This document shows, piece by piece, positions 38,115 to 49,712 of a DNA stretch of 64,000 nucleotides (the first letter of the stretch is position 1; every line of letters starts with the position of its first letter). The notes below the pieces were generated by a model. The model saw nothing but the letters and a program-made list of their open reading frames with translations. It was not told the DNA's origin and ran no database searches. The translations under genes were made by a program, and so were the position numbers. The stretch comes from Paragordius varius (taxonomy: Eukaryota > Animalia > Nematomorpha), in the NCBI GenBank assembly GCA_964247055.1, contig OZ176050.1, forward strand, positions 3,658,001-3,722,000, in the 5' to 3' direction.

Positions 38115-38517
38115 TTAGTAATGATATTATAGTAAAATGTAAAATTTTCTATTTTGTATTTTCACCATGTTTTTGAAAAGCACCAATCTATTGAATTATA
38201 TATCAATTGATTATATATGTATATCATATGATCCCCAATATGGCATATATAAATACAGAGTTGTGGTGTAAATATTTACGAAATGCTGTTAGTTTTTGGC
38301 TAATATTCCATAAAAATTGAAAAGACTATTAAAAATTTCATTTTATAGCTATAAGTAATATAAAAAAACTAGTGGCATAATAGGTTCCAATTAATTAACC
38401 TTATATATATAATCACTTATAATGTATTTAAAAAACAAAAAAAAATAATAAAATATTTAGTAATTTATGTGGAATATAAGATCATATTCCTTTATTATTA
38501 AATAATTAAGAATCTTA

Positions 38518-39637
38518 CACTAGACAACAAATTTTAACTTTTTTTAACTGCCATTCTTGTAAATTTAAAATTTATCTCATTAAAGTACATAATTAGTATA
38601 TCTAAAAAGAAAATTGGTCTAGCATTCAAGGATTTTTTTATATTAGAGTTTATCGATAATTTTTGGCCCTGATTTAACATTAAACTCGAAATTTCGAAAA
38701 TTAAAAGTTTTAGATATGAAGCCATGTATTTTATATCATTCGAAAGAGCGCAAAAAACTGCACCTTTTAAATGGTAGTAAGTCATTTTAATCAACCGGAT
38801 GTAAAAGTTATTTGGATTTAAATGGTCGAAATTTTCAATTCTTAAATAAGTCAAGAATTTTCACAAACAAACTAATGTAAAAATCATATAAATTATTTTA
38901 ATATAATTATTAGGGTTATATTAGTATTTAATTTATAAAAAATGTTTGAAAAAGCTTTTGGTTTGCTTTTTTAATAAAAATTATTATTATCATAAATATT
39001 TTACCTAGTGGATACTAAAATGCATAGTTATAACTGTAAATTTATTACATAATGGCTATAAAAGATCAAAAATACCTTAAACTTTGTTTTTATCTTTAAA
39101 ATTTCGAAATTATCAGCCTCGTAAAGAAAATAAATTAATATTGATGAAATGGTAATTTTTTAAAAAACAAAAAACTTAAAAATGGCTGTTTTGAGTGACA
39201 TAAAAGCAATAAATGTTTTAATCAAAAAAACTTTCTTGTGTTATCTTTTTTGGACATTCATCACCATCTAAACAAAATTTGAGCTATTTTCATCCATTAG
39301 TTTTAAAAATGAAATAATTAAAAAAATGCTCTCGCTTCGCGCGTTTGTCGCTCTTTGTGTCCAATATTAACTGTCGATGTAATACATATTAGTATGCATT
39401 TTATAGAGTTTTTATTTCTCTTTCGAATGATACATTACAAATGGGCATTACTTGTATATTTTCAAAGAAAAACATTTTTAGTAAAATTTTGATAAAGAGG
39501 GCGCATAATCAAAAGAATCAAATTATACAAAATTCTTCCATCGAGTTATAATTTTTATTTCAGATTTACTGTTAAAATGATACTAGATATCCGAAAATGC
39601 AAAAAACTCCAGAGGCAAAAAAATTTGTTGTCCAGTG
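38518..39637. mobile_element. TA-flanked Tc1/mariner-type MITE (~1.1 kb)
   Basis: TA|CACTAGACAACAAATTTT ... AAAATTTGTTGTCCAGTG|TA; internal inverted motif tatcattcgaaagag / ctctttcgaatgata. Absent from copies 1 and 3; adjacent host intron sequence is deleted. Confidence 0.7.
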
Positions 39638-40912
39638 TAATTAGGGGGGAAAGAGTGGTGACACGCAACTGGTAATTTGTTTTATAAAATAATAAAAATA
39701 GGTGTGGAAAATGAAATTTTGACATAAAGATGAGTACTACGTACACACTTTGAAGATTATCTCGCTACACATTTCAATAAACAATCAATAATTTTATATT
39801 TATATTGTGAAATGTTTTTTTACCTTTACGCATCTATGATGGAAAAAAAATAAAAGTCATAACAAATATCACAATTTTGCACAAAAAAATAAATTTAAAA
39901 AACTAACCCAAGTGGCCAAAAATTGCAATTTTTTGCTAAATTTTCAATTATGGACAGTTAATTTAAAGAAAAAAAGTTAAATTAAAAGATACATCATGAG
40001 TTATAAACAGGTATAAATAAGAAATATGCATTAGAAATATAATAAAAACATATATCTCTAGGTGATATACTTATTACATAATGAATATATTAAAAAGTGT
40101 TTTATACCTCTGTACGATATACAGCAGCGAGGACTCCAATTGTAATTTGAGCTGCCAAGATTATCAGGAGAAGTATAAAATACTAAAAAAATAAAAAAAA
40201 ATATTTTTTTTAGATAATTTTTTTTTATAAAAATAATATTTTAAAGGTTTATGTATCAGCGCAAATAATTTTAGAGTTAAAAAACTAAAAAGCATAAAAC
40301 TCTTCAAAATAATTGATCTATCTACCCAATCAATATATTATCTTGCATTGTTATATGTAGATGAATTAATTAAATAAAATAAAAAATGATTATTACGAAT
40401 ACAGGAAACAAATAATATTTCACGCTTAAACGATTATTTACAGTTTCAACCTATGTTATTAATAGTTAAAATATATCAAATGTTATAAAAAGATGTGAGT
40501 AAAGCGGTTATTATTTCGTGTTATAAGTTGATCAGGAAAAAGTGAGACAATACTAACTACCTACGTTAAAAACTGAATTGTATCGCCTATATTAACATTA
40601 AAATAAATGTGAATTAAGTTAAAATGTATATTAAAACTAATAATTATTACCAATCCAAGCATAAAGCGATTTTCTCGAGCCGCACCATAGCACCCTAAAA
40701 ATCCAACTAAAATAATAAAACATCCAGATACTATCAAAAAATAGGCTACATATTTTAGAAGTGGATCATTGCTGGTTAAGTCTAGCACAAGGTAGACTTG
40801 TTTTACTTTGGAAAGCAGAATGTGTATGCCAAAAGAAAGCATAGCTGCCCCAGCAATCTAAATAGTTAATTATATTTTACCCCAATAACAATATTATGAG
40901 TAGAATTTTTGA

Positions 40913-41192
40913 TTATTTAGGTATCAAGGTGTGTATCAAGAAAAGGGTGTAACTGACCCACGTCGATACTGTCCACAAAAAACGACCCTTGCTGCACTTC
41001 CATACACCAGTTCATAGTAGTTAAGTGACAGCAGTTACGTCGGGGGTCGTTTTAACTTCCAGGGATATAATGGTAAGTTTTTATAAAGCATGTATGAAAT
41101 AAAATGAAGATATATTACATTAGAATTGAATAAAAGTTCATAACTTTTGACTGGATACCAGGCCAATCCTGGTTTAAATCATACATTTCTGC
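40913..41192. mobile_element. 280-bp deletion derivative of the exon-1 insertion
   Basis: Left part matches 18648-18860 and right part matches ~31930-32012. Flanked by TTTGA on both sides (40908-40912 and 41193-41197), a possible 5-bp TSD. Confidence 0.65.
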
Positions 41193-41479
41193 TTTGAACA
41201 TTTGTGTCCAAATCCACGAGCCATTTCGGATAAAACAAATGTTTATATGAAAGTTATAAAACTATTATACCATATGGTTTAAATTTTTGTATCGTCTAAT
41301 AATAAATTATCCATAAAAATACACAAGTTTTTCAATATAGATAAAAAATTGGAGATATTGAGGTTAAAAAATATATTATTCTTTGTGCACAAAATCGGGG
41401 TGTATAATAAATAATATGATGCAGTATACTATTATATTTTCGGAAAATGTATCAAAATTGTATTGCGTTGTACGAATAA

Positions 41480-44214
41480 TCTATATATTTATAAAAATGG
41501 AAAATGCTGGCTTTGTGATCTGGTACAAGAAAACCGGTAGACCCATTCATATCCAAACTTCGAAAAAATATAATCATTAATGAATGCCCCGACAATAGCT
41601 TCGCCCTTTTTTTCAAATAGGCCCCCAGTTCGGGCCCACCCCGTGTGAAAAACGGTTTTTTTTTGAAAACAGAAGTCCACAAAAATTGTATCTTTGAGAC
41701 AATTTTTGGGAGAACGTGTTGGACCATTCAATTTCAAATATAATTTTTGTTTACTTATTTTCGATTGCGCCGAACATAGTCGAGTCACTTTTTTGATTTA
41801 GGCCCTCTTTTTACCCGCTACCCCCGTAAAATGCCATTTTTTTCAAAAAACAAAGTCCACAAAAATGATCATTTAAATCGATTTTTCGCCCTAGGTAGGA
41901 AATCGTAAAAATTCTATATGGATTCCACGTATTCCCTGTTGAAAGGCAAAAATTTTAGTCAAGCGTTTCTATGATGATAGCTGCTGGGTAAGGAGCTACC
42001 CGCTAAAAACCGATTTTTCATGTAACTTTGTGATCTGTTTCCGGAAAACCGGTGAACCCAATCAAATCCAAACATCGAAAAAATATAATCATTAATGAAT
42101 GCCCCGACAATAGCTTCGCTTAGGTCCCCAGTTCGGGCCCACCCCGAGTGAAAAATGGGTTGAGTCAATTATTTGGATAACGTGTTGGACCATTCAATTT
42201 CAAATATGATTTTTGTTTGCTTATTATGATCACGCTGAACATAGTCTACTCACTTTTTTGATTTAGGCCCTCTTTTTACCCGCTACCCCCGTAAAATGCC
42301 ATTTTTTTCAAAAAAAACAAAGTCCGCAAAAATAATTTTTTGATTGTATTTTTTTGCCCAAGGTATGAGACTCTAAAAATTCGAGAAGGTTTTTTCGTAT
42401 TGCCTGTTTAAAGGCAAAAATTTTAGTCAAGCGTTTCTATGATGATAGCTGCTGGGTAAGGAGCTACCCGCTAAAAACCGATTTTTCATGTAACTTTGTG
42501 ATCTGTTTCCGGAAAACCGGTGAATCAAATCCAAACATCGAAAAAATATAATCATTAATGAATGCTCCGACAATAGCTTCGCCCTTTTTTGCAATTAGGT
42601 CCCCAGTTCGGGCCCACCCCGTGTGAAAAATGGGTTGAGTCAATTATTTGGAGAACGTGTTGGACCATTCAATTTCAAATATGATTTTTGTTTGCTTTTT
42701 ATGATCACGCTGAACATAGTCTACTCACTTTTTTGATTTAGGCCCTCTTTTTACCCGCTACCCCCGTAAAATGCCATTTTTTTCAAAAAAAAACAAAGTC
42801 CACAAAAATAATTTTTTGATTGTATTTTTTTGCCCAAGGTATGAGACTCTAAAAATTCGAGAAGGTTTTTTCGTATTGCCTGTTAAAAGGCAAAAATTTT
42901 AGTCAAACGTTTCTTTGATGATAGATGCTGAGTAAGGAGTATCTATCATATGTATAGCATGTTAAAAGATATATGGATATTAATACATTATTTATGGTAA
43001 TCTATATATTTATAAAAATGGAAAATGCTGGCTTTGTGATCTGGTACAGGAAAACCGGTAGACCCATTCAAATCCAAACTTCGAAAAAATATAATCATTA
43101 ATGAATGCCCCGACAATAGCTTCGCCCTTTTTTTCAAATAGGCCCCCAGTTCGGGCCCACCCCGTGTGAAAAACGGTTTTTTTTTAAAACAGAAGTCCAC
43201 AAAAATCGTGTCTTTGAGACAATTTTTGGGAGAACGTGTTGGACCATTCAATTTCAAATATAATTTTTGTTTACTTATTTTCGATTGCGCCGAACATAGT
43301 CGAGTCACTTTTTTGATTTAGGCCCTCTTTTTACCCGCTACCCCCGTAAAATGCCATTTTTTTCAAAAAACAAAGTCCACAAAAATGATTTTTTAAATCG
43401 ATTTTTCGCCCTAGGTATGAAATCGTAAAAATTCTATATGGATTCCACGTATTCCCTGTTGAAAGGCAAAAATTTTAGTCAAGGGTTTCTATGGTGATAG
43501 CTGCTGGGTAAGGAGCTACCCGCTAAAAACCGATTTTTCATGTAACTTTGTGATCTGTTTCCGGAAAACCGGTGAATCAAATCCAAACATCGAAAAAATA
43601 TAATCATTAATGAATGCCCCGACAATAGCTTCGCCCTTTTTTGGAATTAGGTCCCCAGTTCGGGCTCACCCCGAGTGAAAAATGGGTTGAGTCAATTATT
43701 TGGAGAACGTGTTGGACCATTCAATTTCAAATATGATTTTTGTTTGCTTTTTATGATCACGCTGAACATAGTCTACTCACTTTTTTGATTTAGGCCCTCT
43801 TTTTACCCGCTACCCCCGTAAAATGCCATTTTTTTCAAAAAAAAACAAAGTCCACAAAAATAATTTTTTGATTGTATTTTTTTGCCCAAGGTAAGAGACT
43901 CTAAAAATTTGAGAAGGTTTTTTCGTATTGCCTGTTAAAAGGCAAAAATTTTAGTCAAGGGTTTCTTTAATGTTAGCTGCTGAGTAAGGAGTTTCTATCA
44001 TACGTATAAATATTTTTTTATATCTATTTTTCCCTCAAGTAAACAATCAATGTATGAATGCACCGTATTATAATTCCTATGAGATCATAGCTATTAAATA
44101 ATGTTTCGAACATATGTGGATCATTTTATTGTCCCTTTTTTCAAATAACCCCCCACCCCCCCAGAAGTCCGAAGGACTTCCTCGGGCTGCGTAGCAGCAC
44201 GAGATTTACGCTAG
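41480..44214 (+). mobile_element. Composite two-headed Helitron (2.7 kb) with five ~470-520-bp tandem units
   Basis: TC heads at 41480 and 43001; two 3' hairpins (gaagtcc-gaa-ggacttc and ctcgggctgc-gta-gcagcacgag); CTAG at 44211-44214, then T. Empty paralogous site ggaataa|caagtgataaaag at 32307/32308; no TSD. Confidence 0.9.
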
Positions 44215-45553
44215 TAAGTGACAAAGGTCTTTTGTGATAATTCCATATCAAAAAATGGTAAAAATTGCTAACATTTTTGGAATTAATTTTTATTTGGTAA
44301 AAGCTCACTGTTTCCAAATCGTAATATATAATAAAACATATAATTATAACATTATATTATAATGTGTACGCATTCAAGTCTCAAATTTTTGAACCCATCT
44401 AAAATGGAAAGTTTTTTTGGATGCGTAATACATATATGTGCCAAATTTTGACATTAAAATAAGTATTTTTACGAAAATAGATATTAAGCTTAAAAATCCG
44501 TTAATAAAATTTAGGTAAGCGAGTTGCGTGGGATTTCGGAAGATTGTGGAAACGGTATAACACTTTGATTCAAACCAGAATTTAAGTTGCTTTTTTTAAA
44601 ACTATTAAAAGAAACGGTTATAATTTTAGTTTATATTTTTTTCTTGAAAAAATTATATAAATAAGCCCAATTATCTATATTAAATTAAGTTTTAAAAAAA
44701 ACCGCATCAAACTACTTGGACGTTATATCCAACATTTTTATAAATTAGGGTGTTTATATGATTCTAAGGCTATAATTTAGATTACTTTTTTATTAAAATC
44801 AATCATATTTCACAATATATTACAAAAAAGTGATATATTTGCATTATTTATATTTAAAATCTGCACACATGTCATGATGGTTAAATTTTTAACTTTGGTT
44901 TTTACCTATGAATAAATAATATCAAGTTTTAAATTGAAAAAATATAAAATAAAATTGAAACCAATCAAAAATACTTATTTTGATTTTTGATATACCCTTT
45001 TAAGTATTTATACAAAAAATTTATGGTATTTATTTGATAAAAAGTTATTATAAAAATACATTTATGGTTTATATATCATCAATACATATATAGAATGGGA
45101 AGAATAAAGAAGGATAAAAATATTTCGATTAAAAATGGTTCGGACAATGGCAAATAATATGCATATATTAAAAGAAATTTATTATACATAAATTAAAAAT
45201 GGATGTTTTGATTCTTTGAAACATATATTAAATAAATGCGCGGTATTTTGATTTAGTTTTTTACATATAAAATATTGATTAAAATTTTTATTGAAATTTT
45301 GGGGTACAGTGTCTATTAATGAGATAACGTACTTTTTCTTAACCTAATGGTTTTTTCTCATTTTTTTAAGGTTAGCGAGGAATGTAATTTTTACAACGAA
45401 TTATGGTTATTTATAAAAATAAAGTTAGTATACTTTTGATAATATTTTCAAAATCATAATTTTTTGATTAAAATAAGTAGTTTTATATCATACATTTTTT
45501 GATTATGACGGATACACTATGTATAGGAAATTTTTTAAAATTTCGAAAAAGCT

Positions 45554-48187
45554 TTATTCATATGAAGGATTACGGCAGAGACAAATCGAGAGTACCATTC
45601 CAAATATCTGCAAACAAAAAAAGAAGGATTATAGGGACAAAGCGTAAAAATATTAAGGCAAATATTTTTTTTGAAAATACAACCATGCTTTTTCGAACCT
45701 TAAGTTTTTCTTAATCTATTTATTTAAGAATTAAATGTATATTTAACAGTTGTTAAAATCCGTAATATAACGATAAAGGATAATTAAATAGAATTAAATG
45801 AAATTATAAATAGAAATAATAAACGATATGTGAAACCCTTCGTCAATAGTAATCGCAGACTAGTTTCGTGCTTGTTAGCACTCATCAGTACGAAACAACT
45901 ATTTGACTTGGGGTTTTCACACATCGATTTCGTATATATATCCAACTTTGCAATTTTGGTATAAGTTGGTTAATTTCATTTAATACTATTTAATTATCCT
46001 TTATCGTTATATTACGGATTTTAACAACTGTTATTACAAAAAAACCAATCCGTTAATTACCATTATAAATGTATATTTGTTACCAATTTAATAAACCTCA
46101 ATATCATAATTTGTGATTTGAAAAAATAATTATATAAGTATAGCGGTCTTTTTAAACAAATATTTGTTTCATAGCATTAATTCTTTATTCTGATACTCAA
46201 AAATACTAATATTTCAAAAAATTAACCATTCCAAATATGTTTAAATAGAAAAAATATTTTTTATTTAGATAAAATTATTAGTAATATAAAAAAAAATTAA
46301 TTAAAATTCAAGAACCTCTAAAAGCGCTATAGCCAGCGCAACCGCACCCACAACCAATGTTTGATGAGAAACCCACGATTTAATAGAATCCCAGCATCCC
46401 TAAAACAAATAAATTGTATATAAAAATATAAATTGAAAATAATTCACCCTTGAACAATTCATATTCACCCTCAAACAATTCAAATTCACCCTAAAATAAA
46501 TTATGTGTATTAAGATTAAAAATTACCTGTATTTTTATAAATTTTTAAAAAATGAAATTTTGTTTATGATTAAAATTATAAAAGCCATAAACATATCATA
46601 TTAGTGATGAGTTATATTAGCTCGAAAGGACTATTTTTAGGGTGAATTTGAATTATAAATGGTATATTAAATATATATCATGTATAAAAAACACAACCCC
46701 ACAAATATATAATTTTTTAGATTGTATGTAAATAATTAACAGTATTTAATATATTAATTCAAAATAAAATTTTGCAAAAAATACCGCACAATAGTAAAAC
46801 GAGCAAAGCGGTTATTTTTAACACCGAAAAAAAGGAGCACAATTTTCTTATATAAAAATTTGTTATTTGGTTGTTTACTTTATTAAGACCTTTTTAATAT
46901 CCCATTTAGAAAATTTTTATTCTAGGTTTGCTCAAATTTTTATATTTTAAAAAAAAATTCAATATTTTAAGATAAATTTATGGTGAAAAAAAATAATTAA
47001 ATAATCGCAAAAAGAAAAGTTTTTATTACAAAAGTGTATTAAATGGACTGAAAACAGCCATAATGTGTTTTAAAGTCTTCCTAAACCAATTTAAATCGTG
47101 GTAGGGTCATGTTATTTACCAATCAAAAAATTATAACCGGTCAGCAGTTCTATAAATTTGAAATATAACTAAGGACAAAACAAAATAATCTTTCAAATAT
47201 TTAGATTAAATTAACTATTGATAAAATTTATATTAATCTATGCACAATTTTGCTTTATATCTAATTAAGTTTTATATCATAATTTATGGTCTTTTCTAGT
47301 TATTTTAAGAATGAGGGATAAAACCATTTATAAAACAGACCAAACCCCAATTTAGTATTACAAAATTAGTTTAAAACGTGATATTTATCATATACAGTCA
47401 TGTCTATATAGAATTGTCAGAAATTCGTTTTTAAATGATTATAATTTTTTTTAATTGTTTTGATGTTTGATATGTCAACTTTTAACATGCGCATTTTTAA
47501 GCCTTAAAATAATAATAGCCTATTTATTGTAAGAATTTTTAATTTATAATTAAAAGATTTTGCAAAATATTATTCTTGATGCACAACATGCGCATATTGT
47601 AATTTTTATCTTTTGTAAAAATTAATTATAAAATTTTATTAACCCAAAGTTTAAACACACATAACCAAATATAATTTAAAAGATAAAAATATTTATTGAT
47701 AATTATAATATTTAAATAAATTTATAATTGTTTTCATTTTCTAGGGGTTTTCTTTGTATACATTCCAACAAAATATGTGAAGAAAAATTATAATAATTTT
47801 TTAGATTTTTTTCCCTTCTCTCTTAGCAAAGTCTTGCAATTTTGTTATGCTGCTCTAGAGGGGTACTACACCGGTTATCATATTGATGTTTAATCTCATG
47901 AAAAAAACATTCAATGGGATTCAGTTGTGGCGAATATGGAGGTAAATAAACAATTTATTCCTTAGCTCACATACCACCGCGGCTTTGTGAGTAGGTGCAT
48001 TATCGCAAACTATTATTGAACTTAGTATAAACTGAGGGAGCTATGTTTTCCTTTAATATTGGATTTCGTTCTGAATTTTTATTTTTCAATATAAACCTTC
48101 AAGTACACTAGCTGCCGAGCAAAGAGGAAATAATGGATCGTTGATATTCATAATTTTTTAAAATAAGTCTAGATTTATGATTTATTT

Positions 48188-48222
<35 letters not shown>

Positions 48223-49679
48223 TTAAATGGACATCTGCTTGGGTTTAGTTTAATTTTAAGTGCATGTTAAAAACCCCTAGAAAATGAAAACAAATATCAA
48301 ACTTGGTTATAATAAATTACATGCGCATGTTGTAGATAAAACGTTCAAGAATAATATATTTTGCAACATCTTTTAATTATAAATTAAAAATTCTTACAAT
48401 ACAGTAGCGTATGCAGTAAAAGATTGTTAGTGCAAAATAATCTTAATGAACACAAAACAGGGAACCAATTTTCATATATTAATTATCATTCAGTCCTATT
48501 TATAAACATATCCATAATATCCCCCTGTTTTGTCTTCATTAAGATTATTTTGCACTAACAATCTTTTACTGCATACGCTACTGTAAATAGGCTATTATTA
48601 TTTTAAGGCTTAAAAATGCGCATGTTGAAAGTTGACATATCAAACATCAAAACAATTAAAAAAAAATTATAATCATTTAAATACGAATTTCTGACAATTC
48701 TATATAGACATGACTGTAAATCTCAACTCACTTTGCTGTAATAATAGCCAGGAGTTTGTGCTTGACACCTTGAAATATCTGAGATGACAAAATCATCAAT
48801 ATCTCGTTTTCGCATCACACAACACGTTTGGGGTTGTTTCCATGTGGGGTTTGATCGTGCCCAAGGAGTATCCATAAAGTCGCCTGGCCCATAAACGCCA
48901 CAACAGGTAGCCTATTAGCATGATTACATTATTAACATGAGAGAAAATGTTAAAAATATAGGTATAGCTACTAAAAAATAGGGGTAACCCCTTGAATTGG
49001 TCAAAGGTGTATGAAAAGTTAGAAACTTTTTATAATTAATTAAAATTATGGATATAACGGTAGTATTAGTAAACTAGAGTATATTTTTTATACGGACAAA
49101 TGTTATACCTAAAAAACAAATTTATCGTATAAAGAGAGCCCAATATTTTAATCATGGCTTTTTATTCTTATCGTTTTAGGTCGCAATATATGAAATAGAG
49201 AAGCGAATTCCTATCAAACCCACTATAATATTCCAAAATAAAAAATATTTGTCTGTAAATTTTACTATTTATTAAAGTTTAATTTATTGTAAGTCCTTAT
49301 TTGTAGTTAAAAATAAGATAATCTCCTCTCTATTTGTAAAAAAACTAACGGTGCATTCATATATTGGGAGTTTTCGCAGTTAAATAAATTTATATTGTAT
49401 CTGTAAATTTATTCTTATAACAGTTACATCAATAGATAAAAGTTTTTTGTACAAAAAAAAGTATTTAACTTAACCTGAATTAAGTTAAAGCAATAAGATC
49501 CTATAAATGGCATTTTTTATTTTTTGTTAAATTTCCTTATTTACTATTATCCCCTTTAAAAGTTAACCATAAATATTTTTGACGCATAAAAAGACATCAA
49601 TACACATAAAAAAGTTACTAAAATGGTGTTAAAATAATATGTTTTGATGCCAACTTTAAATTTCATTTATATCCTTATT

Positions 49680-49712
<33 letters not shown>

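Larger units (their letters stand above)
35347..41224 (-). pseudogene. Tetraspanin copy 2, pseudogene (hybrid of copy-3-like 3' part and copy-1-like 5' part)
   Basis: ATG at 41224 and stop at 35347-35349; exons 2-7 look open (YFILLLIILAAQITIG; ATCCGVYGPGDF...PQTCC; IFGMVLSLCLCRNPSYE*). Exon 1 carries a 280-bp insertion and a ~7-nt deletion. Confidence 0.85.

Noticed and set aside
41480-44214. Regular ~0.5-kb tandem repeats as a CRISPR-like array or independent satellite
   Set aside because: No repeat-spacer structure; the units are internal Helitron segments bounded by TC and CTAG ends.
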